In this document: in pieces, positions 53,185-62,231 of the stretch
Numbering within the stretch: the stretch's first letter is position 1
Layout of the letters: each line of letters opens with the position of its first letter
IMG/VR virus record: IMGVR_UViG_3300045120_000483
Coordinates: 40,882-104,881 of that record
Length of the DNA: 64,000 nucleotides
Source of the DNA: a virus
Strand: one strand, 5' to 3'
The notes under the pieces: generated by a model
Databases searched by the model: none
Told to the model about the DNA's origin: nothing
Seen by the model: the letters and a program-made list of their open reading frames with translations, nothing else
Position numbers and translations under genes: made by a program

Positions 53185-53328
53185 TTTAAATGGAGGAACA
53201 ACAAATGGACGTAAAGACCTACTTGTTGCAAGACCGACAATGGCCCCGGGAGTTGCGTATCGCCCATGCTCAATTTCAGTTGAAGAAGGTTACTGTTCCG
53301 GAGGAATTTGATTTCTGGAAGGCCGTTC

Positions 53329-53383
53329 TGGAGGCAAACGAATCATGAAATCACTTGGTGGAGACAAACGAATCATGAAATCA
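53329..53383 (+). repeat. 30-bp-period tandem duplication of RBS/start region
   Basis: TGGAG(G/A)CAAACGAATCATGAAATCA twice. Confidence 0.8.
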
Positions 53384-53629
53384 ACATTTGTACAGGCTCA
53401 AGAACCGATTAAACCGGAATACCCTTGCTTCAAAAGGTTTTCTAGATACATGGATGGGGAATCGGAGGTTAGGCCGGGGGACCAATACATCGTTTTTTTT
53501 ACTTCTCCGGGAAATGGGGTAGTAGTTCAGAAGAATGAAGATGTTGTGTTTTATATTGGATATACATCTAATTGTTGGATGGAATCCCGTTTTGATAAGG
53601 TTCACGGTGTTATCACTCTAGAGTTTTAA
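53375..53629 (+). CDS. hypothetical protein (start 53345 or 53375)
   Basis: YPC...IVFFTSPGNGVVV...F...G.ITL. Confidence 0.6.
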   Translation: MKSTFVQAQEPIKPEYPCFKRFSRYMDGESEVRPGDQYIVFFTSPGNGVVVQKNEDVVFYIGYTSNCWMESRFDKVHGVITLEF

Positions 53630-53708
53630 ACCCTTGTATGCCGCCACACTTCTAATGTGGAGAAAGCTAACTGGAAACATGCGGGTTCGAATCCTGCCAA
53701 GGGTGCCA
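53630..53708 (+). tRNA. D-armless tRNA-Arg(TCT)
   Basis: ACCCTTG/CAAGGGT-GCCA; CCACA-CTTCTAA-TGTGG; canonical T arm; 20-nt variable region. Confidence 0.75.
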
Positions 53709-53712
53709 CTAA

Positions 53713-53788
53713 ACCCCAGTACCGGTCTTGTTTCCTAAACAAGATACCGTAAGGGACTATAGGGGTCCGACTCCCCTCTGGGGTTCCA
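53713..53788 (+). tRNA. D-armless tRNA-Arg(CCT)
   Basis: ACCCCAG/CTGGGGT-TCCA; CTTGT-TTCCTAA-ACAAG. Confidence 0.7.
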
Positions 53789-53812
53789 CTGTTAACAAAG
53801 GAAAGAGATTTT

Positions 53813-54013
53813 ATGAAAAAAGGAATCTGTCTTATCTATTTTTTGGGAGTTGTAGTAGTATTCGGCTATTCCTGGAAATATGATTGTGTTCTTGATAGTA
53901 GTAGTGTCTTTGTCGTCAGGAAGAGTGATCAAATTTTTTGTTCGACAGGAAATGCGTTGGCTTGGCCCATTATACTTCCCCTGAAGGCTTCGATTTGGGT
54001 TTGGAGTAAGTGA
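53813..54013 (+). CDS. small membrane protein
   Basis: two hydrophobic segments. Confidence 0.5.
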   Translation: MKKGICLIYFLGVVVVFGYSWKYDCVLDSSSVFVVRKSDQIFCSTGNALAWPIILPLKASIWVWSK

Positions 54014-54015
54014 TC

Positions 54016-54333
54016 ATGGATCAAGATATCAAAGACAGGTGGGTTGCCGCCCTCCGTAGTGGAGAATATGCTCAGGGACATACCAGACTCCGGACTGATG
54101 ATGATATTCCAAAATATTGTTGTTTGGGGGTCCTTTGTCGGATCGTTGGGCTTCCAATAAGTGAAGATGGGATGTCTATAGACGGGGAGAAGTTTGGGGG
54201 TTATTGGGCTCTGGGAAGGTTTATGTCGAACGAACAGATGACAGTTCTTTGGAACATGAATGACGGATTAGATACTTGTACTAGGGTCCATAGTTTCGAA
54301 GAGATTGCGGACTACATAGAGAAGAATTTATAA
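54016..54333 (+). CDS. hypothetical protein, CCLGV/MND paralog family
   Basis: WVAALRSGEYAQG..CCLGVLC..MND..SFEEIADYIE. Confidence 0.8.
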   Translation: MDQDIKDRWVAALRSGEYAQGHTRLRTDDDIPKYCCLGVLCRIVGLPISEDGMSIDGEKFGGYWALGRFMSNEQMTVLWNMNDGLDTCTRVHSFEEIADYIEKNL

Positions 54334-54419
54334 AGAAAGCTAACCAGATGGGTTCTGGACACGCCTGCTAAGCGTTGTGTCCCTGAGGGGGTGTGGGTCG
54401 GGACCACAGTTTTCTGCCA
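54334..54419 (+). tRNA. tRNA-Ser(GCT)
   Basis: loop CTGCTAA, variable arm, GCCA. Confidence 0.75.
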
Positions 54420-54436
54420 ACTTAAAGGATAGATAA

Positions 54437-54625
54437 ATGAAATTCAATTATGAACAGTTTGTTGTCGATATCAAAGCAGTCTGCGATCAACATGGTGTTG
54501 AGATCGCCGGTACATGTGATAGTGAAGGAATCTATGGAGAAATTACCATAGAACGTAAAGGGGATGCTACTTATAAAGGGTGGAATGAACGTAAATTTAA
54601 TTTTTCTGAAGGAACCACTCTATAA
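54437..54625 (+). CDS. hypothetical protein
   Basis: AAGGA RBS. Confidence 0.55.
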   Translation: MKFNYEQFVVDIKAVCDQHGVEIAGTCDSEGIYGEITIERKGDATYKGWNERKFNFSEGTTL

Positions 54626-54629
54626 TAAT

Positions 54630-54703
54630 GCGTGGCTGGTATATTGGCAGTGCCTTAGCCTTCCAAGCTTTTGATAGGGGTTCGATTCCCCTGCTACGCT
54701 CCA
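54630..54703 (+). tRNA. tRNA-Gly(TCC)
   Basis: loop CTTCCAA, TCCA. Confidence 0.9.
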
Positions 54704-54737
54704 GATAAATACTCTTACAAATAGAAGGAAATTAAAT

Positions 54738-54908
54738 ATGACTGCGTTTGTTGCTGTTTTGCTTTTGGCCACCGTTCTGGGACATTCCAATGTCTCTCCC
54801 CGGGTTCATTCTACATCTGCCGTTCATGATGTATATGTCGGCGGTAAGTATGTTGGGTCTGATCCGGACGTGAGGGTCCGTAGGGAACTGGCCAGAGATC
54901 AATATTAA
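54738..54908 (+). CDS. 56-aa secreted peptide
   Basis: signal-like N-terminus; DVYVGGKYVGSDPD.RVR.ELARD; GATAAATA upstream. Confidence 0.55.
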   Translation: MTAFVAVLLLATVLGHSNVSPRVHSTSAVHDVYVGGKYVGSDPDVRVRRELARDQY

Positions 54909-54956
54909 ATAGCCCTGATAGACGGCCCCCTAGGTAATAGTCTATCTCTAATTTAA

Positions 54957-55030
54957 TGTGGTTTCGTCCAGTGACAGGGCCGGGGTCTTTGAAGCCTCAG
55001 ACGTAGGTTTGATTCCTACAACCACTGCCA
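54957..55030 (+). tRNA. tRNA-Gln(TTG)
   Basis: loop CTTTGAA, GCCA. Confidence 0.85.
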
Positions 55031-55037
55031 TTTTAAT

Positions 55038-55104
55038 GCTCTTGTACCGGCGTACAACTTTCTTTCATACGGAAGGTTTGGCGGGATCGACCCCCGCAAG
55101 AGCT
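55038..55104 (+). tRNA. atypical tRNA-Met/Ile2(CAT)-like
   Basis: GCTCTT/AAGAGC, reduced D arm, 8-bp anticodon stem, loop TTCATAC, no CCA. Confidence 0.55.
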
Positions 55105-55106
55105 AC

Positions 55107-55180
55107 GCTACCGTAGCCCAAAAGTAAGGCGTCTGACTGTGAATCAGGATAATTAGGGGCGGTACCTAACGGTAGTACCA
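55107..55180 (+). tRNA. tRNA-His(GTG), alphaproteobacterial type (no G-1, A73)
   Basis: loop CTGTGAA; ACCA; preceded by C. Confidence 0.85.
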
Positions 55181-55186
55181 TTTAAT

Positions 55187-55261
55187 GCGTTGGTAGTGTA
55201 ACGGCAACACATCGGCCTCCAAACCCGTAAAATGGGCGTTCGAATCGCTCCCAACGTGCCA
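55187..55261 (+). tRNA. tRNA-Trp(CCA)
   Basis: loop CTCCAAA, G73. Confidence 0.8.
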
Positions 55262-55301
55262 GCTTTTCTCAATTTGAACACGAATCCGAAAGAAACAGAT
55301 A

Positions 55302-55403
55302 ATGCCCATAATCCTATTACTCTCTTTCCTGCTTGTCGGTTGCGGCGGACCTGGAGCTTGTCCCGCTAGCGATCCCGCCTGTACATATCCCACCCAAAAA
55401 TAA
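55302..55403 (+). CDS. 33-aa lipoprotein
   Basis: MPIILLLSFLLVGC lipobox; two more Cys. Confidence 0.5.
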   Translation: MPIILLLSFLLVGCGGPGACPASDPACTYPTQK

Positions 55404-55420
55404 TTGGAGTAATCTTGATC

Positions 55421-55639
55421 ATGGCCGATACCATAGATAAAATCTATATCGCGATAGCTCTGGTCCGTCATATTGCTAAACGATATGATATGTATAACGA
55501 CCGGAAAGAACCCGGGGATTTGCATCTCCTGGGAAAGGAAATTGGTGATACCTTGGAACATCTGGAAAGTTTGAAACATTATCAATGCTCCTGTCGGGAA
55601 CCAACTTGGGTTGAGGATCGAAAAGAGAATTTATCATGA
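55421..55639 (+). CDS. hypothetical protein
   Basis: GGAG RBS; coupled to transporter gene. Confidence 0.5.
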   Translation: MADTIDKIYIAIALVRHIAKRYDMYNDRKEPGDLHLLGKEIGDTLEHLESLKHYQCSCREPTWVEDRKENLS

Positions 55640-56940
55640 CAATGGCATATGAAAAATTCTTTGCCGCTAATCGCAACGTCGGGTTGTTGGTTGGCGGCCT
55701 TACGGTATGTGCCTCTTGGCTGTGGGGGATTGCTCTTTTAGTATCCTCTCAACAAGCATTTGTGGGAGGTATAGCACAGTTCCTGTGGTTTGCTGTTCCT
55801 AATGCCTTGGCCCTTCTTCTCTTTGCATTTTTGACCATTCGAATCCAGAAGGTTATGCCGAACGGTTACACCGTTATGGATGTGATTGATAATGGAGAAC
55901 GGGTTTCTCCTAAATCCCTAACCCTATCCTTTTGGGGTATTACCCTTCTCACCGAAGTATATTCCTTTACGGTTCAATTGACAGCCGCCACCCTGCTTTT
56001 TAGTTTTCTTTTTTCGACCGTTCCGGCATGGGTAGTAGCTTCGAATTTGGCGGGTCTCATGTATATTACTGTTCGCTGGGGAGGATTAAATGTAATTACC
56101 AAGTATGCCGATCTTTTCAAGATGGGGTTGATCCTGATCCTTTTGGGAGCGATTGGATATTCTTTTTATGATCTAAGTACCATGGCTCTTACGGAAAACC
56201 CGATGGCAAACGCCTTAAACTTTGGGGACCTATTTAACTGGCACCCCGCCATTGATTTTGGTCTTCCCATTTCCATTTCTCTTCTGTCGGGGGTGGTGAT
56301 CGGTAATCAGGTCTGGCAACGAAACACTGCCCTGTCTCCCAAAAATGTACAATCTTCCTTCATTCTAGGAGCTTGTATTTGGTGGGTTGTTGTTTTTGGT
56401 CTGGGAATGTTGGGGTTACTTGCATCTGGTATTTTTCTTGATGTGTGGAATACCCAATTGGTCGGGGTCTTTACCCTCTCCCGTTTTCTCCCAAACCTCA
56501 CCATTGGGCTTGTGTCCGCATTTATCGGGGTTCTGGTGGTGTCCGGGGCTAGTGCCCTCTCATCCTTCGCTTCTTTGATAGCGGCTGATGTCAGTCATGG
56601 AATAGAGACAAAGATAAGTGCTATTCTTCTGGGCCGGATTAGCATTTTTGTGGTGGGTATAGTCGGTTATTTTTTGACCCTTCTACAAATTCCTTTAGTC
56701 ACCATGCTTCAATTCCTGGGGGTTCGCGCCGCCTTCTTTATTCCATTTCTCATAATTCTTTATTCTAAACCTGATACCAAATTCACTTTCGACTTGACAT
56801 TGGCCATTTGGTTCGGTATACTGGTTTACATGATATTATTCTTTGGAACGGACCTGAAGGCCTTTGCTGGTTTGGCGGCCCTTCTCCTTCCCGGATATGT
56901 CTTCCTCAACAAATCGTTAATAGCGGAGAGATCAACATGA
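55636..56940 (+). CDS. solute:sodium symporter family transporter
   Basis: about 12 TM; FFAANR.VG, ASWLW, GGL.V..YAD, NQVWQR. Confidence 0.85.
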   Translation: MTMAYEKFFAANRNVGLLVGGLTVCASWLWGIALLVSSQQAFVGGIAQFLWFAVPNALALLLFAFLTIRIQKVMPNGYTVMDVIDNGERVSPKSLTLSFWGITLLTEVYSFTVQLTAATLLFSFLFSTVPAWVVASNLAGLMYITVRWGGLNVITKYADLFKMGLILILLGAIGYSFYDLSTMALTENPMANALNFGDLFNWHPAIDFGLPISISLLSGVVIGNQVWQRNTALSPKNVQSSFILGACIWWVVVFGLGMLGLLASGIFLDVWNTQLVGVFTLSRFLPNLTIGLVSAFIGVLVVSGASALSSFASLIAADVSHGIETKISAILLGRISIFVVGIVGYFLTLLQIPLVTMLQFLGVRAAFFIPFLIILYSKPDTKFTFDLTLAIWFGILVYMILFFGTDLKAFAGLAALLLPGYVFLNKSLIAERST

Positions 56941-56956
56941 ATGTCGGGGTGAAATA

Positions 56957-57975
56957 ATGGGGCCTGAGATTGGAATTATAGCGTTAATAGTTTTGGGGGT
57001 CGCGGGGCTTTCCCTCTACCTTCTTACCCGCCCTCCTAGGAAGACAGAGGACCTTATTGCAAGAGAAGATGCATTAAAGACTCTTTTAATGGAAGACGAT
57101 CAAATAGCAAAATATGCTCAACAGATTAGTAAAGATGTTGCTACAAAGCGTATTTTGAAAGAAAGGAAACAGGAGTTACCCGGTCTTAACACTCAGCCTT
57201 GGTATCCTCCGGAGAACCCCCAATAAGACAAAAATGATGAGAATTCTATTTTGTATAAACTGTGGATGGTGGATTAGTGGGGCTGGGATGGCGATGAAAC
57301 CTGTCTGTCCGGATTGTGAACATGGGCTTAGTTTTGTTAATTATGAACCGGAAGAGCAGGATGAAGTAGATCGCATTTTAGAAGGATACAAAATGACAAA
57401 TGAGACAGTCGAATTTACCAGAGAGCTTACACGCTTATTAAATAGGTACTGTAAAGATCATGAGTGTAAGACACCGGACTATATTCTGGCCGAACACATT
57501 GTCAATTATCTAAAGGTCTATCGGGATACTTTGCAACTGAATGCCGGGTGGCATCAATGGAAGGTCTTGTAATGACAACAATCAAAGATTGGACTGTTAA
57601 AGAAGTTGTCGATGAAATGAATTCCGAAACAACTTTGAATAACGTCCGCCGTCTATTTGCTTTTGGGTCAGCGAAGATTGAGAACGCCAACGCCCAAAAA
57701 ACACCACTCAATATCATTGAAATGAGAAAGATGGAATTTGAAATTGCTCAGAAGATTATTAATCTTGTAAGGGCGGCCGTATGAAAATTAGCATTCGAAT
57801 CGCCCATGAAACGGGATGGTCTACGTTTATAGGGAATGTTCCGGATGGAAGTGATGAAGAATGTTATAGACTTCCGAAGGTTGAGGGGGAAGCAGCCTCT
57901 AGAGCGGAATTTTGGTCGGCCCAGACGGGTTTAAATATCCCGGAAGGTCGGGGATTAATTTGGGAAGTGGTATAA
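56957..57975 (+). CDS. cluster of small hypothetical ORFs (56957, 57234, 57572, 57781)
   Basis: closely packed or coupled ORFs; 57234 includes LLNRYC.D..CKTPDYILA motif. Confidence 0.5.
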
Positions 57976-58011
57976 AATAAAATTCCTCTTTATCTGTCAA
58001 GAGGAATGTGA

Positions 58012-58019
58012 GATAAATA
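58012..58019 (+). promoter_or_regulatory. late promoter GATAAATA upstream of tmRNA
   Basis: motif about 15 nt before the acceptor piece. Confidence 0.5.
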
Positions 58020-58029
58020 TGATTGTTGC

Positions 58030-58360
58030 TAGATGAAATAGCTACTAGGTAGCAGGATACCCGGGGCGCGACCCCCCGGCATCTCCACCAAGGGCTCACT
58101 AGGCTTCCTGTACAAGGTTCTGATCAAACCTCCAGGTAAGAGCTTCGAAATTAGACTACTAGTGAGCCTTTGGGGGGGATGAGCAGGTTCGATCTTGTAC
58201 TGAAAAGGTTGTGGATAGCGACTCACTGGCCAAGTGGCCGTAAACTAACCGGCAACACTCTTGTAGCCGATAATGACAACTCTTTCGGTGAGCTTGCGCT
58301 TGCTGCCTAAGTTGGCATAATCTGGGGTCTGGAACCGTACCTTATTACCCAAACGGTTCA
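58030..58360 (+). ncRNA. ssrA: two-piece (circularly permuted) tmRNA
   Basis: 3' piece ending CATCTCCACCA (58090), intervening hairpin, GGGGATG (58175) with G3:U70; tag ORF 58269..58310 DNDNSFGELALAA*. Confidence 0.92.
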
Positions 58361-58388
58361 CTTCCCTCTTTTCAAAAGGAAATTATAC

Positions 58389-58770
58389 ATGGTATATACG
58401 CTTGTTATTTTGGCTTGCCTAATAGCTGCTAAGGATAGTTGTGAGGTTGTCTACACGCCCCCTACGACTTATGCGACTTTAGAGGCTTGTGAAACAACGG
58501 TAGAAGTGTTTAAGGATAATTGGGCCCCGCTGCCAGGGTATGTATTTGTGAGTTCTTGTTCCAAAATCACAGGACCATAATATGTCATTTACCTTAGTAG
58601 TCTTTATTTGTACCTCCCTGACTTTTGGTTGTCAGGTTCGTCCCATTATGTCTTTTAAGACCGAATCTCAATGTAATCTTGCCGCTTTAACGTATGCAGA
58701 AGGTATTATTAAGGACCTTGACCCAGAAAGAAAAGACGGAACAGAAGTTAGGGCCATTTGTTTTCGATGA
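58389..58770 (+). CDS. two small Cys-containing paralogous secreted proteins (58389..58580, 58582..58770)
   Basis: M..TLV...C......C.......T...C...C pattern. Confidence 0.55.
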
Positions 58771-59009
58771 TCGAATTTGATAATCTAGACATTTCCCACA
58801 CATTTTTTTCCGAAGTTGAAGAACTGGTCAAGGCGACCGACAACTCCTATATAGATGTCATCTGTTCTTGGTGCGACCGCAATTGTATTGAGCTTGAGGT
58901 TGTGGCCAAAATCATTCAGTCCAACCCGGCGTGGTTAGCCAAGCTTCAGATTGAGGGAGAAAAACTCCACATGGTTGCGAAGAGTGGGAAGAAGAGGTTG
59001 CCGTTATGA
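58767..59009 (+). CDS. 33: late transcription co-activator gp33
   Basis: F..EVEELV....SYID....C....IELE.VAKII...L.AKL..E...L...RLPL. Confidence 0.88.
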   Translation: MIEFDNLDISHTFFSEVEELVKATDNSYIDVICSWCDRNCIELEVVAKIIQSNPAWLAKLQIEGEKLHMVAKSGKKRLPL

Positions 59010-59268
59010 CATTTTGGTTTTTATTATGGTATCTAATAGGGTGCGGTAAGTTTTTTCTATTGGTATAACAGAGAACATGATTTTACTACATCAGATATTT
59101 GTCCCATGCTTTGTATAAGCCTCTTAGGCCCGTTTATGTTTATTGCGGGATGGTTTATTTTTGGTAAACCCCCTTCCTAAAAAGATATTGATTAAGAAAA
59201 GACAGAAGAATGTTTGAACTAGGAATGTTAATATATTATCTATTCGTCCTCTGGCTTTTGGTAATGCC

Positions 59269-59799
59269 GTGAATCATTGGGACCTGAAATATCTTGATCT
59301 ATGCCGGAAGGTGGCGTCCTGGAGTAAAGACCCCTCCACAAAATGTGGGGCCTGGATTGTCGATGATGAGCACCGCCCCCTTTCTTTTGGTTTCAATGGC
59401 TTCCCCCGGGGCGTAGATGACCGCCCAGAGCTTTATCTGGATAGAGAGGCCAAATACGCCCGGGTCGAACATGCCGAAAAGAATGCCCTTTGGAATTGTA
59501 ATTTAAGACCGGTCGGGGCAACCCTGTATGTTTGGTCTTCCACCGGATGGGCGGTTTGTAATGAATGTGCCAAAGGTATTATTCAGACCGGTATCAGGCG
59601 TGTCGTTATGCCATCTGTTTTTACCTCCCCCAACCGGTCTCAATCTCAAGTTAAAGTTGCATTAGAAATGATGATACAACGGGGGTTGCAAGTGACTGAA
59701 TATTTCCCAGGGCTAAATATTCCGGACTACACCATTTGGGGGCCGGTTACCTATGAGGATTGCTCTTGTAAATGTACCGGAGAAGATAACAAGCACTGA
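59269..59799 (+). CDS. cd: dCMP deaminase
   Basis: SKDPSTKCGA, GFNGFPRG, HAEKNA, CNECAKGIIQ. Confidence 0.93.
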   Translation: MNHWDLKYLDLCRKVASWSKDPSTKCGAWIVDDEHRPLSFGFNGFPRGVDDRPELYLDREAKYARVEHAEKNALWNCNLRPVGATLYVWSSTGWAVCNECAKGIIQTGIRRVVMPSVFTSPNRSQSQVKVALEMMIQRGLQVTEYFPGLNIPDYTIWGPVTYEDCSCKCTGEDNKH

Positions 59800-60259
59800 A
59801 ATCAGGCAAGCCATTGATTTCTTTAATAAATATCTGCTAACCGAACGGCTTGCTCAAGAAATAGCATTAAATATTACATTTGTCCCGGGATTGCGAAAAG
59901 AGCAAAAATGTGTCGCTCAGTGTTATCCGGCAGCAGATGCGACAGCTAAGCGACCCCGGTCCTTTCGGATGGATATCGATCCCAAGATACCCCGGATGAA
60001 AATTATAAAAACTCTAGCCCATGAGTTAATACATGTGCGACAATGGGCAAAGGGTTATCTCTACGACTATGCTAATCATCAGGAGTCCAGGTGGAAAGGA
60101 CAAATTCATCGATACTCCCTGAAAGAGACCTTTGAAGAATACTATATGTTTCCCTGGGAGTGGGAAGCCTACGGGGGGGAACTATGTCTTATGAGACTCT
60201 ATGCCAAAGAGCGAAAACGGATAAAACGGAAAATTCGTAATGGAACAAGCAAACAGTGA
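59753..60259 (+). CDS. zincin-like metallopeptidase
   Basis: TLAHELIHVRQ...PWEWEAY. Confidence 0.8.
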   Translation: MRIALVNVPEKITSTEIRQAIDFFNKYLLTERLAQEIALNITFVPGLRKEQKCVAQCYPAADATAKRPRSFRMDIDPKIPRMKIIKTLAHELIHVRQWAKGYLYDYANHQESRWKGQIHRYSLKETFEEYYMFPWEWEAYGGELCLMRLYAKERKRIKRKIRNGTSKQ

Positions 60260-60596
60260 GGGGGTCTTTACCCCGGATATCTATTTGAAACCAGACCGAC
60301 CAACGTGTAAATGTGGTAGTGGTAAAGAGATAACATGTTTGGTTTCTATGAAAGAGGGTGGATGGGTTATGCGATGTGAGGAGTGTGCCAATGAAGAATT
60401 TGAAAAACGGAAGTCTGGTTGAGGCCTTTCATATTTCCGGAAAGAGGTATGGTAAGATAGTCGGAAGGATGTTAGCAATAGAATGTTGGATGGTGGATTT
60501 TGGAGAGGAATTTTCAACGGATTATCCCTTTTCGGTCGTTCTTTTTGACGATGATAGTGTACGTCCCCTGAAGCTTCAAACAAAACCAGATTGGTC

Positions 60597-61163
60597 ATGA
60601 ACGGCCCCGAAGCCTATGGCCTCTACATGGCCTTACGCCTTCATTTTTCAGTTAAGAGCTATGATGCCAAAAAGTTCAATTTCAAGACAAAACATAGATA
60701 TGAAGGACGGGCCGACAACTATCTGTTTGTTAAGCTAGCAAAGCACCGCGACCCTCAGGGCCTCATGATTGCTAACTTCTCTCATGATCCAGGAATGTGG
60801 TTCGGTCAACTGTTCTCCGCTGAGGCTCAAAAACGATATACCAATTGGGCGGGCTATCGGGAAGCGATGCCCTATTTCTTTTCTCAAGAGCTTAATAAGC
60901 TGGATAGGGATGACTTCCGGGCAGATAGCCAACATCCCCCGGCTCTTCGGAAGTTCTTCCGAAAAGAAATAACCCTTGATACCCTGACGATCTGTAATGA
61001 TTTCATTCGGTTTTCAGAGGTCTGGAAAAGGGGGCTAGGAAATGATCCGACATGGAAGGAGGTTCACCACTTAATTCAAAAAAACAAAACCTTTCTGGAC
61101 TATGATAAAGAAAAGTTCAAAACTATTTTAGCTAAATGGCTAGAAAACTGCTTGACATCATGA
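60597..61163 (+). CDS. 59: helicase loader gp59
   Basis: AY..Y.AL.LHF...YD..K...F.KLA...HPP.L...I.L.TL; synteny with 33 and 32. Confidence 0.88.
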   Translation: MNGPEAYGLYMALRLHFSVKSYDAKKFNFKTKHRYEGRADNYLFVKLAKHRDPQGLMIANFSHDPGMWFGQLFSAEAQKRYTNWAGYREAMPYFFSQELNKLDRDDFRADSQHPPALRKFFRKEITLDTLTICNDFIRFSEVWKRGLGNDPTWKEVHHLIQKNKTFLDYDKEKFKTILAKWLENCLTS

Positions 61164-61180
61164 TAAATATCAGTTACAAT
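61152..61180 (+). promoter_or_regulatory. gp32 promoter: sigma70 with nested late motif
   Basis: TTGACA-N17-TACAAT containing GATAAATA. Confidence 0.7.
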
Positions 61181-61242
61181 CTGTTTTTTATGATCGCAAG
61201 TGGATAAACAACATACATTAACATAAGGAAATAAGTACATAC

Positions 61243-62220
61243 ATGTCTACATTTCTAGAACTTAAGAAAAATCGCGAACTAGCTTCCAAGCAAAGAATGG
61301 CTGCAATGGCCAAGACGGCGGCAGGAAAATCCAAGGGAGACGATGACACCTATTGGGCTCCCACAATCGATACGGAAGGAAATGGCGAAGCTCTTATTCG
61401 CTATCTTACCGCTCCGGAGGGAGAAGACCTTGCCCTAATTCCCTATTGGGACCATGTTTTTAATGGTCCGGGAGGCTGGTTTTTCGAAAAATCCCTAACA
61501 ACTCTTGGACAGACTGGCGAACCTTTCGATTCTCTTCGGGAAATTTTCGGGTCTGATGATCCCGTTACGGAATACAATTCCATGCTCTGGAACAGAAATG
61601 GTCCGGGAGATCGGGAGAGAGTGTCGGGACAACCCCTTAAGAAAATTCCGGGAACAAAGCGTAAGCTTCATTATGTCTCCAATGTCTACATTATCAATGA
61701 TCCCGCCAAACCTCAGATGAATGGTACGGTCAAGCGATATAAGTACGGAGCCAAACTTTTTGGGATTTTAAATAACGCAGCAAACCCAAAGTTTGCAAGT
61801 CAAAGGCCGTGTGATCCCTTTAATATGTGGGATGGAGCAAATCTCCGAATCCGCGTCATGAAGGACGCGGGATGGCCCAGCTATTCTTCAAGCGTTCTGG
61901 AAACACCGGGTCCCCTGGTTGTCGGGAGCGATGGTCAGGCCGATGATGCCGCTATTGAGGCTATCTGGAAACAATGCCATTCTTTGCTGGCTGTTGTTGC
62001 CCGTTCGGAATTTAAAAGTTACGCGGTTCTGAAAGCCCGAATGAATAAGGTCCTAGGATTGACAGGAGATGTTGGAACACCGACTCCTGCTACGGCTCCA
62101 GTAACTATTCCGGGTACTGTTGCTCTTGATCCACAGGCTGCAACAGCATCAGAAGCTCCTTGGGATGAAGACACTAAAGTAGATGATGATTTGGACGGCT
62201 TTCGGGCCCTGGCGAACTAA
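61243..62220 (+). CDS. 32: single-stranded DNA-binding protein gp32
   Basis: GNG.A.IR, H.F.GPGGW..E.SLTT, KRKL.Y.SN, DPF..WDGAN, FKSY..LK, acidic tail. Confidence 0.96.
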   Translation: MSTFLELKKNRELASKQRMAAMAKTAAGKSKGDDDTYWAPTIDTEGNGEALIRYLTAPEGEDLALIPYWDHVFNGPGGWFFEKSLTTLGQTGEPFDSLREIFGSDDPVTEYNSMLWNRNGPGDRERVSGQPLKKIPGTKRKLHYVSNVYIINDPAKPQMNGTVKRYKYGAKLFGILNNAANPKFASQRPCDPFNMWDGANLRIRVMKDAGWPSYSSSVLETPGPLVVGSDGQADDAAIEAIWKQCHSLLAVVARSEFKSYAVLKARMNKVLGLTGDVGTPTPATAPVTIPGTVALDPQAATASEAPWDEDTKVDDDLDGFRALAN

Positions 62221-62231
62221 GGAGATAGATC

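Noticed and set aside
53329-53383. Functional repeat element
   Set aside because: Simple local duplication of a gene junction; no further copies
40052-55261. Stop-codon reassignment or suppressor tRNAs
   Set aside because: No CTA, TTA or TCA anticodons found; core genes are intact in the standard code and all three stops are used
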